NCBI GenBank assembly: GCA_049969855.1
Contig: JBMFOB010000013.1
Coordinates: forward strand, 1-41,483
From: Candidatus Bathyarchaeia archaeon
GTDB lineage: Archaea; Thermoproteota; Bathyarchaeia; Bathyarchaeales; Bathycorpusculaceae
Direction: 5' to 3'
Length of the DNA: 41,483 nt
The position numbers and the translations under genes are program-made. This document shows positions 10,547 to 21,130 of the stretch, piece after piece. A model generated the notes under the pieces. The model saw only the letters and a program-made list of their open reading frames with translations. It was not told the DNA's origin and ran no database searches. The first letter of the stretch is position 1; every line of letters begins with the position of its first letter.

Positions 10547-10930
10547 ATGGATACGTTGGCAAACGGTTTAACAACAATCATGAACAATGAGATGCGAAAC
10601 AAGCGGGAATGCGTAATCAGTCCTGCCTCTAAACTTTTGGGAAGAGTCTTAAGAATTATGCAGTTAAACGGTTACATTGGAGAATTTGAATTCGTGGATG
10701 ACGGACGTTGTGGAAAATTCAAAGTTCAGCTTCTGGGAAGAATAAACAAGTGCGGCGCCATCAAACCCCGCTTTGCAGTTAAAGTAGACGAGTTTGAAGA
10801 GTGGGAGAAAAAATTCCTTCCCTCAAGAGAAGTTGGCATACTAATAATTTCAACACCAAAAGGAGTGTTATCCCACCGGGAAGCAAAAGAAAAACGCATG
10901 GGAGGCAGACTAACAGCATTCGTTTATTGA
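10547..10930 (+). CDS. rps8: 30S ribosomal protein S8
   Basis: [24 protein letters not shown]. Confidence 0.96.
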   Translation: MDTLANGLTTIMNNEMRNKRECVISPASKLLGRVLRIMQLNGYIGEFEFVDDGRCGKFKVQLLGRINKCGAIKPRFAVKVDEFEEWEKKFLPSREVGILIISTPKGVLSHREAKEKRMGGRLTAFVY

Positions 10931-10946
10931 AGAGGGAGCTTTTAAG

Positions 10947-11495
10947 ATGCGGGCAATAGAGATCTCAAGAACCATCCAAATTCCAGAAGATGTGGAAGTA
11001 ACCATTCAAGGAAGAAAAGTCACAGTTAAAGGCGCCAAGGGAACATTAACCCGTGAGTTTTCATACGCTCCCATATCCATTCAGCTTGATGGTAAAACTA
11101 TACGCATTTGGGCTGAATGGCCACGGAAAAAGGAAGCGGCTCTCGTTGGCACAATTTATTCGCATATTCAAAACATGATTACTGGGGTTAGAAAAGGTTT
11201 TACGTGCAAGCTTAAGATAGTTTTCTCGCATTTTCCAATATCAGTTAAGGTTAAGGATAAAACGGTTTTAATTGAAAATTTCACAGGCGAGCGAAATCCA
11301 AGAAGAGCCAAAATAGTTGGCGACGTGCAAATCAAAGTTCAAAGCGAAGACATAATCATTCAAGGAATAAATCTTGAAGATGTAAGCCAAACAGCCGCAA
11401 ACATTGAACAAGCCACCAAAGTGAAAAGAAAAGACCCACGCGTCTTCCTTGACGGCATATACATATATGAAAGAATTGAGGGAATGGAAAAATGA
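10947..11495 (+). CDS. rpl6: 50S ribosomal protein L6
   Basis: SHFPI, KDPRVFLDGIY. Confidence 0.96.
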   Translation: MRAIEISRTIQIPEDVEVTIQGRKVTVKGAKGTLTREFSYAPISIQLDGKTIRIWAEWPRKKEAALVGTIYSHIQNMITGVRKGFTCKLKIVFSHFPISVKVKDKTVLIENFTGERNPRRAKIVGDVQIKVQSEDIIIQGINLEDVSQTAANIEQATKVKRKDPRVFLDGIYIYERIEGMEK

Positions 11496-12022
11496 CCAAG
11501 CCACCTGAAGCTGCCACAGAAAAAGCATTAAAACTAAGAGCGCAAGTGAAGAGGAGAAAGCCAAAATTTGTAAGACAAGAAAGTTGGCGGTATAAACGCC
11601 TAAAAGAAAATTGGCGTAGACCAAAAGGTTTAGACAACAAAATGCGAAGGAAAATAAAAGGATGGCCGCCAACAGTAAATGTTGGATATAGAAGCCCAAA
11701 GGTTGCAAGAGGGCTTCATCCATCAGGCTACAGAGAAGTTTTAGTTCATAACGTTGAAGAAATCAAAAAGGTTAATCCAAAAACACAAGTGGTGCGGATT
11801 GCCCACACTGTTGGTAGGAGAGAGAGAGCCAAAATCCTTACTGAATCCAGAAAAAGGAAGATAACTGTTCTGAACATCAAAGAAATCAAGGAAGTTGCCA
11901 AAGAAGAAAAAGAAAAGAAAGAGGAGAAACCGGAAAAAGAGGAAGAGGCTGAAGAGAAGGAAAAACCAAAAAGAAAGCGAGAGAAAAAAGAGAAAACTAA
12001 AAGGAGAGCAGAAGAGCAATGA
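11492..12022 (+). CDS. rpl32e: 50S ribosomal protein L32e with K/E-rich tail
   Basis: WRRPKGLDNKMR, RGLHPSG. Confidence 0.96.
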   Translation: MTKPPEAATEKALKLRAQVKRRKPKFVRQESWRYKRLKENWRRPKGLDNKMRRKIKGWPPTVNVGYRSPKVARGLHPSGYREVLVHNVEEIKKVNPKTQVVRIAHTVGRRERAKILTESRKRKITVLNIKEIKEVAKEEKEKKEEKPEKEEEAEEKEKPKRKREKKEKTKRRAEEQ

Positions 12023-12474
12023 CGGGTCTTAAAAGTCAGCGGCGGCTAGCAGCCGAAATATTGAAAGTTGGACAAAATCGTGTGTGGATAGACCCAAATA
12101 GGATGGAAGATGCAGAAACTGCAATAACACGGGAGGAAATCAAGAAACTAATCCATGAAGGAGTCATAAAACCGCTGCCAGAAAAGGGCATAAGCCATGC
12201 AAGAGCAAGGATTTTACATGAGAAGAAAAAGAAGGGTCGAAGACGGGGTGTTGGTAGCAGAAGCGGGTCAGCGCATGCGAAAATTTCTAAAAAAGAGGCT
12301 TGGATGAGCAAGATTAGAGCTTTGAGAAAGAGACTTCGTGAACTGAAAGCAAGCAAAACCATTACTGAGAATACGTACCGAAAATTGTACAGAATGGCCA
12401 GCAGTGGAAGATTCGGGTCCGTTGCCGATTTAGAACGTTACCTTAAAGCCCACGAACTTTGGAGGAAGCGTTAA
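12019..12474 (+). CDS. rpl19e: 50S ribosomal protein L19e
   Basis: [21 protein letters not shown]. Confidence 0.96.
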   Translation: MTGLKSQRRLAAEILKVGQNRVWIDPNRMEDAETAITREEIKKLIHEGVIKPLPEKGISHARARILHEKKKKGRRRGVGSRSGSAHAKISKKEAWMSKIRALRKRLRELKASKTITENTYRKLYRMASSGRFGSVADLERYLKAHELWRKR

Positions 12475-13085
12475 TGGCTAAAAACTCACGCTATTGTGTC
12501 CCGTTTCGAAGAAGAAGAGAAGGAAAAACAAATTATAAGTCGAGGAAGGCGTTTGTGCTTTCTGGAAAACCTCGATTAGTAACCCGCATCACACTTAAAA
12601 ACGTAATAGCCCAAATAATCACGGCAAAACCCCACGGAGATGAAGTTTTAGTTTCAGCCCACAGCAGAGAACTAACAAAAACCTACGGGTGGAAAGCATC
12701 TAGAAAAAATCTTCCAGCAGCCTATCTAACTGGACTTCTTTGCGGATTAAAAGCCAAATCAAAAGGAATAAAAGAAGCAATTTTAGACATCGGATTACAT
12801 TCGCCCTCTAAAGGAGCAAGAGTCTTCGCCGTTTTAAAGGGAGTTTTAGACGCTGGAATAAATGTGCCATATAGCGAAGAGAAACTGCCAGACGAAAAAA
12901 GAGTGAAGGGCGAACATATTGCCCAATACGCCAAAAGCTTAGCATCAGCCAACCCTGAACAATATCAAAATAAATTTTCGCAATGTTTAAAACAGAAAAT
13001 CCCACCGGAAAACATCAATGAACATTTTGCAAAGGTTAAAGCTGACATAATTGCCGCATTTAAGAGTGGAGGTAAGAAGAAGTGA
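12474..13085 (+). CDS. rpl18: 50S ribosomal protein L18
   Basis: [20 protein letters not shown]; ATG at 12474. Confidence 0.96.
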   Translation: MAKNSRYCVPFRRRREGKTNYKSRKAFVLSGKPRLVTRITLKNVIAQIITAKPHGDEVLVSAHSRELTKTYGWKASRKNLPAAYLTGLLCGLKAKSKGIKEAILDIGLHSPSKGARVFAVLKGVLDAGINVPYSEEKLPDEKRVKGEHIAQYAKSLASANPEQYQNKFSQCLKQKIPPENINEHFAKVKADIIAAFKSGGKKK

Positions 13086-13723
13086 CGTCTAGGGAAAAAT
13101 CTTCAGGAAGTTTAGAACATTGGGTTCCAAAAACCCGCCTTGGAAAAATGATTCAGGAAGGTAGAATCACATCCATTGAAGAAATTTTTACGGGTGGCTT
13201 ACAAATCCGCGAGCCACAGATTGTGGATGCCTTACTTCCAGACATACAAGAAGAAGTTATAAACATAAACTTGGTTCAAAAACAAACAGACGCTGGTGAA
13301 AAATCAAGATTTAAGGCTATAGTGGCTGTTGGAAACAGAGACGGCTACATAGGCTTAGGCGCTGGAAAAGCAAGCCAAGTGCGAACAGCCATAGAGAAAG
13401 CAGCCGCAGACGCTCGCCTAAACCTCATCCCTGTGCGAAGAGGATGTGGAAGTTGGGAATGTGGCTGCGGAAAACCCCACTCAGTGCCCTTTCAAGTTGA
13501 GGGAAAAACTGGAGGAGTAAAAATAGTAATTATTCCAGGACCAAGAGGCTTAGGTCTTGTTGCAAGCGAAACTGCAAAGGTAATTTTGGGTCTTGCAGGC
13601 ATAAAAGATTGTTGGACGAGAAGTTACGGTTCAACAAGAACAATTCCATCTTTTTCCTATGCGATTTTTGATGCTTTGAAGAAAACCTACAGCCTCATAA
13701 CTCCGATGGATTGGGTGAGGTAA
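13082..13723 (+). CDS. rps5: 30S ribosomal protein S5
   Basis: [25 protein letters not shown]. Confidence 0.96.
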   Translation: MTSREKSSGSLEHWVPKTRLGKMIQEGRITSIEEIFTGGLQIREPQIVDALLPDIQEEVININLVQKQTDAGEKSRFKAIVAVGNRDGYIGLGAGKASQVRTAIEKAAADARLNLIPVRRGCGSWECGCGKPHSVPFQVEGKTGGVKIVIIPGPRGLGLVASETAKVILGLAGIKDCWTRSYGSTRTIPSFSYAIFDALKKTYSLITPMDWVR

Positions 13724-14212
13724 GTGAGCGAAAAGAAGCAAGAACGCAAATGCTTGGCAGTTGTAAGAGTTCGGGGAACAATAAGTGCTCCACGCCATGT
13801 CAGAGAAACGCTGCAGATGCTTAACCTCACAAGAAACAATTATGCAGTGCTAATTGATAACCGTCCATCTTTTCTTGGAATGTTAAAAACAGCGCAAAAC
13901 TTTGTTACATGGGGTGAAGCCTCAAAAGAAACCGTAAACGAGCTCATAAGGGAAAGGGGAAAACTCGCTGGAAACAAGAAGTTGACAGATGAATATGCGC
14001 AAAAAGTTGGCTTTAAGTCGTTAGAGGAGCTTGCAGAAGCGGTTTTTAATTGTAAAATTGAATATTGGAAGTTGCTAAATGTGCAACCAACCTTTAAGCT
14101 GCATCCGCCAACAAAGGGATTTAAAGGAAAAATTAAAAAGGGTTATGGCGCTGGCGGCGAAGTAGGATATCGGGGAGAAAAAATAAACGAACTAATAGGG
14201 CGAATGATATAG
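13724..14212 (+). CDS. rpl30: 50S ribosomal protein L30
   Basis: AVVRVRG, FKLHPPTKG, GYRGEKINELI. Confidence 0.95.
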   Translation: MSEKKQERKCLAVVRVRGTISAPRHVRETLQMLNLTRNNYAVLIDNRPSFLGMLKTAQNFVTWGEASKETVNELIRERGKLAGNKKLTDEYAQKVGFKSLEELAEAVFNCKIEYWKLLNVQPTFKLHPPTKGFKGKIKKGYGAGGEVGYRGEKINELIGRMI

Positions 14213-14283
14213 GCTTTTAAACTTTTTGCGATATGTTTTATAATTGCTTTTGAAATGCCATTGTATCTAAGGAGAAGGAGAAC

Positions 14284-14739
14284 TTGAGCGTAAAATGGCG
14301 GAGAAATAAAAAAGTTACGAAAAAATTCAAAATTATAAGCACACTAAACAAGGTTAAAGGCAAAAACGCTCCTCCGACATTTCCAATAAGAAGCTCAAGA
14401 AATAAAAAATGGAAGCATCCTCAAAAACTTGAGTTTCAAAAGATTTCAAAAGGAAGAAAATGGAAGGAACTTGAGCCTTTAATCGATGTTTTAGAAGAAA
14501 AGGATGAAGTAATAGTTGTTGCTGAGGCTCAAGGGTTTAATAAGGAAAAATTGAAAATTCAAATAGAAAATCAACGTTTAAATTTGTCTGCTGAAGCTTT
14601 AGAGCGGAGATACCGTAAAAGTTTAAATCTTCCCGCAAGAGTGATTCCAAACACGATGCGCACAAGATATAAGAATGGTGTCCTTGAAATAAGGTTAAAA
14701 AAGGCCGTTGAAGAAGTCGCTAAAAGAGTAGCTGATTAA
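14284..14739 (+). CDS. Hsp20/alpha-crystallin domain protein with basic N-terminus
   Basis: EPLIDVLEEKDEVIVVAE, RYRKSLNLP, YKNGVLEIRLKK. Confidence 0.8.
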   Translation: MSVKWRRNKKVTKKFKIISTLNKVKGKNAPPTFPIRSSRNKKWKHPQKLEFQKISKGRKWKELEPLIDVLEEKDEVIVVAEAQGFNKEKLKIQIENQRLNLSAEALERRYRKSLNLPARVIPNTMRTRYKNGVLEIRLKKAVEEVAKRVAD

Positions 14740-14740
14740 A

Positions 14741-15178
14741 ATGCCCCATAAACTGAGAAAAATAAGAAAGAAACGCGGTTCCAGAACAGTAGGTTACGGA
14801 AGGGTGGGTCAACATAGAAAATCAGGGTCTCAAGGAATGCGAAAGGCTGGAAGACATAAACACTTATGGTCCTACGTATTAAGATATGAACCAGACTATT
14901 TTGGCAAAAAGGGGTTCACCTCACCAAAAAGCCTCAAACAAAAACCAAAAGTCATAAACATTGGAAAACTTGAAGAATTAGCCCACAAAACTTCAGAGGA
15001 AAAAGAGGGCAAAATTTTCCTAGACTTAAAAAGCCTCGGCTACACCAAACTATTAGGTACTGGAAAAATAACAAAACCATTAATTGTAAAAATAACATCA
15101 TGTTCAAAATCTGCAGCTGAAAAAATAAAAGAAGCAGGCGGACAAATCTTAATGGAAACCCAAGAACAAGGAGAGTAA
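14741..15178 (+). CDS. rpl15: 50S ribosomal protein L15
   Basis: RGSRTVGYGRVGQHR, FGKKGF, KLLGTG. Confidence 0.96.
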   Translation: MPHKLRKIRKKRGSRTVGYGRVGQHRKSGSQGMRKAGRHKHLWSYVLRYEPDYFGKKGFTSPKSLKQKPKVINIGKLEELAHKTSEEKEGKIFLDLKSLGYTKLLGTGKITKPLIVKITSCSKSAAEKIKEAGGQILMETQEQGE

Positions 15179-15187
15179 CGGCTAAGC

Positions 15188-16594
15188 ATGGCTGGCAGAT
15201 TCCTAAACCTTTTCAAACCCATCGCAAGAGCAATACCCGAAATAAAGGCTCCAGAACGCAGAGTCCGATTTAACGAGAAAATCTTCTGGACAGCCATCGT
15301 GTTAGTAATTTATTTAGTAATGTCTGAAGTCCCATTATACGGAATTCCCGCCTCAACCCAAGAAAGTTTCAGCGCTTTAAGGATAATCTGGGCTTCCCAC
15401 CGCGGAACTCTTATGGAGCTTGGAATAGGCCCCATAGTCACAGCGGGATTAATACTTCAGCTTTTAGTTGGTTCAAATATGATAGAATGTGACATGACAA
15501 ACCCTGAAGACAGGGGTTTATTTACGACGGCAAGCAAAGTCTTTTCCATAGTTCTAACAGGAGTTCAAGCTTTCGCTTACATAGTCAGCGGAATGTATGG
15601 CAGCACTTCAAGCGTAATTGCGATTATTGTTTTCTTACAGCTTTTAGCCTCTGGAATCATTGTTTTGCTGATGGATGAGCTTGTTCAGAAAGGCTGGGGA
15701 TTAGGAAGCGGAATAAGCCTCTTCATTATGGCTGGTGTTGCACAACAAATCATATGGCAATGCTTCAATCCGTCAACAGGGCTCTTTGTCGGAGCGCTCA
15801 CGATGTCCTTGAGTCAAGGAACTTTAACCCCATGGATTGTTGGAACTGGCGCATATCCATCCCTAATTGGGTTTATAGCCACAATTGCTGCTTTTCTCAT
15901 TATAATTTACATGGAAGGCGTAAGAGTTGAACTGCCACTCTCTTACGCAGGTTACAAGGGTTACCGAAGCCGATACCCCATAAAACTCCTTTACGTGTCT
16001 AACCTTCCAGTGATTTTTGCTTCAGCCCTATTCGCCAACATTTATCTCTTTTCACAACTTTTCTGGAGCATGTACAATCGAAGTAACACAAACTTTTGGC
16101 TTAACCTTTTGGGACAATATCAGTGGACTGGAACATCGCCAAATCAGCAACTTGTACCAATAGGAGGCCTTGTGTTTTATGTGACTCCACCCAATAGCCT
16201 TGCGAGCGCTCTGGAACGTCCAGATAGGGCCTTTGGTTATATGGGAATCCTTATTGTTTTCAGCGTTATCTTTTCGCTTACGTGGCTTGAGGTTGGCGGA
16301 TTAGGACCATCAACAGTGGCTAAACAGCTTGTTGATGCTGGCATGCAAATTCCAGGATACAGACGCTCGGGAAAAGCCGTTGAGTCCATTCTTAAACGTT
16401 ACATTCCAACAGTAACCATTCTAGGCGGAATAATTGTTGGGTTAATTGCTGCAGTTTCAGATTTCTTCGGAGTTTTCGGTTCTGGAATGGGCATTCTGCT
16501 TTCTGTGGGAATAATTTATCAGTACTATGAACTGTTAATGCAGGAAAGGGCAGCAGAAATGTATCCAGCTTTTAGGCGACTATTGGGAGAATAA
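15188..16594 (+). CDS. secY: Preprotein translocase SecY
   Basis: MELGIGPIVTA, GLGSGISLFI, YPIKLLYVSNLP; about 10 TM segments. Confidence 0.97.
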   Translation: MAGRFLNLFKPIARAIPEIKAPERRVRFNEKIFWTAIVLVIYLVMSEVPLYGIPASTQESFSALRIIWASHRGTLMELGIGPIVTAGLILQLLVGSNMIECDMTNPEDRGLFTTASKVFSIVLTGVQAFAYIVSGMYGSTSSVIAIIVFLQLLASGIIVLLMDELVQKGWGLGSGISLFIMAGVAQQIIWQCFNPSTGLFVGALTMSLSQGTLTPWIVGTGAYPSLIGFIATIAAFLIIIYMEGVRVELPLSYAGYKGYRSRYPIKLLYVSNLPVIFASALFANIYLFSQLFWSMYNRSNTNFWLNLLGQYQWTGTSPNQQLVPIGGLVFYVTPPNSLASALERPDRAFGYMGILIVFSVIFSLTWLEVGGLGPSTVAKQLVDAGMQIPGYRRSGKAVESILKRYIPTVTILGGIIVGLIAAVSDFFGVFGSGMGILLSVGIIYQYYELLMQERAAEMYPAFRRLLGE

Positions 16595-16702
16595 AAAGCA
16601 GATTTTTATAAATATGAATATTTAGAAATAGCTTGTGAAAATAGTTATTAATACGGAAATGAAAAGAGAAGGAAAAGATAAAGGCGATTGAGGAGAGAGC
16701 TT

Positions 16703-17176
16703 ATGGACTTAATCGAATGGTTAACCATGCCAACAGCACCCGGAGCCACCATAACAATAATGTTAATTTGTTTTGTTATTTCATTCCTAAACTCCTCAAT
16801 TAATCGTCTTTTAATTCATCGTTTTGTAGGCTGGTCACAGTATAAAACGATGCAGAAAGAAATTGCAGAATATCGCACTCAAATGATTCAAGCGCAACGT
16901 GCACAAGATAAGAAGCTTCTTGAGAAATTGAAAAAGAAGGAAACTCAAATTCTTAACATGCAGAAACAGATGGCTAAACCCCAACTGGTTCTTTTCGGAA
17001 TTTCCTTCAGCTATATTTTAATCTGGTGGTTTGTGTTGGGACCGTTGTATGGAGCAAACATCGTTGCATACATTCCTGGAATTGGACCCCAATATCTATT
17101 CATATGGTACCTCATCTGCTCCCTACTTTTTGGGACTCTTGCATCCCGTATAGTGGGTATAATGCCAATAGAGTAA
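16703..17176 (+). CDS. DUF106 (EMC3/TMCO1/Oxa1-superfamily) membrane protein
   Basis: TM, coiled coil, 2 TM, WYLICS; conserved position before rpl34e (track start TTG 16688). Confidence 0.85.
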   Translation: MDLIEWLTMPTAPGATITIMLICFVISFLNSSINRLLIHRFVGWSQYKTMQKEIAEYRTQMIQAQRAQDKKLLEKLKKKETQILNMQKQMAKPQLVLFGISFSYILIWWFVLGPLYGANIVAYIPGIGPQYLFIWYLICSLLFGTLASRIVGIMPIE

Positions 17177-17190
17177 AGGAGAGTTAGAGA

Positions 17191-17460
17191 ATGCCGCAAC
17201 CACACTTACGCACAAGAAGCCGAAAACGCCAAAAAACTAAATTGCCTGGCGGCAGAAGCCAAATTCACTACAAAAGAGAAAAGACGCCAGCACCTTCATG
17301 TTTCGTATGCGGTCAACCCTTAGCTGGCATCCCACAAACCATTCCTTCAAAAATGCGTAAACTTAACCGAAGCAAAAGAAGAATTTGGCGCCCCTTCGGC
17401 GGACAAATATGCCACAACTGCCTCAAAAACGCCTTAAAACAGGCTGCAAGAACAATCTAA
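17191..17460 (+). CDS. rpl34e: 50S ribosomal protein L34e
   Basis: LPGGR, CxxC, RPFGGQICHNCL. Confidence 0.93.
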   Translation: MPQPHLRTRSRKRQKTKLPGGRSQIHYKREKTPAPSCFVCGQPLAGIPQTIPSKMRKLNRSKRRIWRPFGGQICHNCLKNALKQAARTI

Positions 17461-17480
17461 ACCTAAATTGAGGAAAAACA

Positions 17481-18074
17481 ATGAACAAAAGCAAAAAATC
17501 TGTAGTTATCTGCATATGTGGAATGGCTGGAAGCGGAAAAAGTACACTGGCAAAAAAGCTTGCAGAAAAATATGGACTTAAATATTATTCTGGCGGAGAT
17601 GCATTAAAAGCCCTAGCCCTTGAAGAAGGTTATAAAACATTTAACAGCGGATGGTGGGAAAGCGAAGAAGGAAAACGTTTTCTAGAAAAAAGAGGAAAAG
17701 ACCCGAAATTTGATAAAGCTGTTGACAAAAAACTTTTGGAACTTGCAAAGCAGGGAAATGTGGTTTTGGACAGTTGGACGATGCCGTGGCTTCTAAAAAA
17801 AGGTTTTAAAGTTTGGCTAGAGGCTTCTCCAGAAAAAAGAGCTAAGCGAATAGCCATTAGAGATGGAATAAGCATCGCTGAAGCTTTTAACGCTTTAAGA
17901 AATAAGGAAGAGCAGACAAAGGCTATATACAAAAAACTTTACGGTTTCCGCTTAGGAGAAGACCTCTCACCATTCCACTTGATTTTGGACACAGAATGTT
18001 TAGAGGCTGAAGAAGTCTTCCAAGTTCTATGCATGGTTGTGAACAATCTAATCTTCAATTCCAAGAATTATTAG
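17481..18074 (+). CDS. cmk: Cytidylate kinase (archaeal)
   Basis: GMAGSGKST, SGG, YKKLYG; follows rpl34e. Confidence 0.88.
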   Translation: MNKSKKSVVICICGMAGSGKSTLAKKLAEKYGLKYYSGGDALKALALEEGYKTFNSGWWESEEGKRFLEKRGKDPKFDKAVDKKLLELAKQGNVVLDSWTMPWLLKKGFKVWLEASPEKRAKRIAIRDGISIAEAFNALRNKEEQTKAIYKKLYGFRLGEDLSPFHLILDTECLEAEEVFQVLCMVVNNLIFNSKNY

Positions 18075-18109
18075 AAGCCCCTTATTACGCATAAAATAAT
18101 ATTATCTAG

Positions 18110-18797
18110 GCACGAGTAACAGATTTTTGTGCAAGTTTTCAAGAGCCTACTCTTCTTTCTGAATGGGCTATTCCGCTATTCAAACTTGGTAAAGAAAGGG
18201 GAATAAAATATTGCTGTTACGTATCAAATGGCTGCATGACATTGGAGGTTCTCAAAGCGCTTTTTGATGCTGGAATGGATGGACTAAAAATTGATGTGAA
18301 AGGCAAAACTGAAACTTACATGCAATATTGCGGAGACGCCGACGCAGAAAAAGTTTGGAAAAATGCGAGAGAAGCTAAAAATTTGGGTTTGCATGTGAAA
18401 ATTGTAAATTTGGTTGTTAGCGAAGTTAATGATGACAAGGAAACTTTAAGATGGGTTATCCAGAAGCATTTGGAAACTGTTGGACCAGAGACGCCATTAC
18501 ATTTTACACGTTATTTTCCAGCCTACAAATTCAACAATCCGCCAACAAAAATTGAAACTTTGGAACGAGCCTATGAAATGGCAAAGAAGGCTGGAGTTCT
18601 TTATCCATACATTGGGAATGTTAACGGTCACAAATATGAAAATACTTATTGTCCAAACTGTGGAGAAAAGCTGATTAGAAGGTTTGGACCACAAGTGGTA
18701 GCTTATTCCATTACCGAAGAATAAGAAGTGCCCAAAATGCGGCACACCCGTGCCAATAAAGGGAAGGTATAAGCAGCGTTCGCATTGGAGCTTTTAA
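18110..18797 (+). pseudogene. AmmeMemoRadiSam-type radical SAM pseudogene (5'-truncated, 3' frameshift)
   Basis: Frame upstream of ATG 18236 reads CASFQEPTLLSEW...VSNGCMT back to TAG 18107, with no CxxxCxxC; contains LHFTRYFPAY and ENTYCPNCG; after the stop at 18722 the +1 frame continues KKCPKCGTPVPIKG to TAA 18797. Confidence 0.8.
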
Positions 18798-18799
18798 TT

Positions 18800-20026
18800 T
18801 TACTTCTTTAGGGTTTCTTTGAGCCTTAAGTATAATATTGCGCCTATTACTCTGCCAACCAATGAAATCATGTAAACAATTTGCAATCCAACAATTAAGC
18901 CAAAAGCATCAATCGTATAAGCGGATAGATATCCTCCAATAAGGGAGCCAACGAAGGAACTCATACCCAACACCAAATTGAATACTGCCGTGAAGCTTCC
19001 GCGATACTCTGGCGGCGAAATGTCTAAGAGATAAGCGGTTATCCCTGCTTGTCCAAGGGCTGTAACTAAACCCCAAAAGGCGCCTATACCTATTAGTACG
19101 TTAATGTCCGGTGCGAAGGCGTAGGCTATTGGCACAGTTATCAGGCTGAACTTGTACAGGATTAGGGCTGGCTTCCTTCCAACAGTGTCTGTAAACCTTC
19201 CCGCCCAGCCTTGAAAAATTATGGTTAGCAAAGACTGCACCACGGAAAGTAAAGCTATTTGCAGCATCGAAGCGCCAAGCACATCCACTTGCGTTCTTGG
19301 AAGGAGAGGCCAACAGATTGACATTGAGAATTCAAAGAAGCCTGCAATAGTGCAGTATTTGACGAATTCCGGGCTTTTTCTTGCATATTTTAGAGTGCTA
19401 AAAAAGTCTGAGGCAAATTCCTTTGTTAAGTTTAGTTTTTCGCCATTTTTCTTTTCTTTTATGGAAACCATCGGCAAGCATGACGTTATGCCGCAGAAAA
19501 TTGCAATTAACAATGGCAGAAACATCATTTCTTGCGGTGTCCCTCCAATGCTTATCATAAGCACTCCAGAGGCTATGGTGGCTATGAGGCTTCCAATAGA
19601 AACCCACAGGTTTATGTTAGCGTTTGCCCTTCCAAGCTTGGACGATGGAACCAAATCGCCTATGAGCGCTGTTAAAGCGGGAGTTGCCATAGAACCCAAA
19701 ACTGCTTGGACGGCGATTAATATTATCAGTTGGGTTGCATTCGCCACGAAAATCATTGGAATCCAAAGCAAAGCCATCGTCAACGTGCCTATGATTATGA
19801 AGGGTACTCTGCGTCTTACTTTGTCGCTTAGTATCCCCCAGAAGACTTGCATTACATTGTTAGATATGTTCGATGACGATTGATACCATCCCATTTCTGC
19901 GGATGAAGCGCCAAGTTTTACAGCGTAGGCTCCCATGAATGGGCTAACCATTCCACTGCCCAAGGAGTTAACTACTGAGCGTACATAAAGTGGTTTCAGA
20001 TTCGCTTCTTTCGCATCCTCTTCCAA
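18800..20026 (-). CDS. MFS transporter
   Basis: About 12 TM segments; GILSDKVRRR and GRFTDTVGRK motif A. Confidence 0.92.
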   Translation of the reverse strand: MEEDAKEANLKPLYVRSVVNSLGSGMVSPFMGAYAVKLGASSAEMGWYQSSSNISNNVMQVFWGILSDKVRRRVPFIIIGTLTMALLWIPMIFVANATQLIILIAVQAVLGSMATPALTALIGDLVPSSKLGRANANINLWVSIGSLIATIASGVLMISIGGTPQEMMFLPLLIAIFCGITSCLPMVSIKEKKNGEKLNLTKEFASDFFSTLKYARKSPEFVKYCTIAGFFEFSMSICWPLLPRTQVDVLGASMLQIALLSVVQSLLTIIFQGWAGRFTDTVGRKPALILYKFSLITVPIAYAFAPDINVLIGIGAFWGLVTALGQAGITAYLLDISPPEYRGSFTAVFNLVLGMSSFVGSLIGGYLSAYTIDAFGLIVGLQIVYMISLVGRVIGAILYLRLKETLKK

Positions 20027-20219
20027 TTTTGGGTCACGCTTGCCAGTCTGTTTAGATTTTTCAATAAAGCATATGGGAAGCTTAAAAACTAATCGTGCGC
20101 TTTAGCTGAGGATTCGCATGTTCTTTTTAGAATTTTTGCAGCGAAAATTATATTTGAAAGTTCTTTTTGCCTTTCAATCTCGGTTCGGGGTTCAGAATTT
20201 TGGGCGAAAACTTGGATAC

Positions 20220-20516
20220 CTACTTTTTCTTTTTGCGCTTCTTAACAACCGTTACGGTGGATGTTTGACTTAGTTGCCGAATTTTTGCGTTTGGGAATAT
20301 GCGTTCAATTTCTTTTCGGAGCCTTGTTAAGTTCACTTCACCATAGGTTTTCACGTCTATTACTGGTTTTTCATTTTCGTCATAACTCACAGACACTGTG
20401 TATCCCGAACCAACCTCAACTTGTGTTGGTTCCAAAACAAAACCTGATTCTTCAGCTTCCATTTCAATAATGCCTTGAGCCTCATGTTTTTGTTTACGCT
20501 CTGCCATTTCAACCAC
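20220..20516 (-). CDS. Hypothetical protein
   Basis: 98-aa ORF co-oriented with trmY, plausible composition. Confidence 0.6.
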   Translation of the reverse strand: MVEMAERKQKHEAQGIIEMEAEESGFVLEPTQVEVGSGYTVSVSYDENEKPVIDVKTYGEVNLTRLRKEIERIFPNAKIRQLSQTSTVTVVKKRKKKK

Positions 20517-20554
20517 AACATTCTAAAAATGCCATGTTTACAATTAAAGGATTG

Positions 20555-21130
20555 CTATGTTTCAATACTGATTTGCGTTCTGTCTAAGAGATAATTTAGA
20601 ACTGTTATACAAGAAGCCGCCAAATAGGGCTTCTTACCCAAAGAAACTTTTTCACCATAACGCAAAGCGAAAGCCTCAACCCTTCTAGGTAAACCCACAT
20701 GATCTCCTAAAACAAAAACTGGATTTTCGCCAATTTTCGTCTCAAATATATCCTTTCCGCCCTCCTCCAAAACATAAATTTCCGATTCCTCAGCCTTAAC
20801 CTTCACTAACGCTTCAAAACTCACTTTGGACAGGCTTATGCCCGGATGCGCTTTTCCAGCCAAAACCTTTCTTAGAATTTGCTTCCATGTTTCCTGGTCT
20901 GTGCGGACATCGTGAAGGGTTGCGCCATCTATTTTCAAGTGAAGCGGCGGTTTCGGCGGACCATTTAAAACTGCGTGGAAGGCAACATCTTTGCGGATGG
21001 CATGGGATAAAAAGAGGCTTGCAACAGCACATTCGTAAACTATGTCCAAGCGCCCAGCATCATGCAAATTCTCCCAGTTCGAATCCGTCCTGCCCAAACG
21101 AGAATACAAAACAAATTCCCGCATCAACAT
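20555..21130 (-). CDS. trmY: tRNA pseudouridine(54)-N1 methyltransferase (SPOUT)
   Basis: AGRLD, LFLSHAIRKD, FVLGDHVG, VSLG, ASCIT. Confidence 0.9.
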   Translation of the reverse strand: MLMREFVLYSRLGRTDSNWENLHDAGRLDIVYECAVASLFLSHAIRKDVAFHAVLNGPPKPPLHLKIDGATLHDVRTDQETWKQILRKVLAGKAHPGISLSKVSFEALVKVKAEESEIYVLEEGGKDIFETKIGENPVFVLGDHVGLPRRVEAFALRYGEKVSLGKKPYLAASCITVLNYLLDRTQISIET

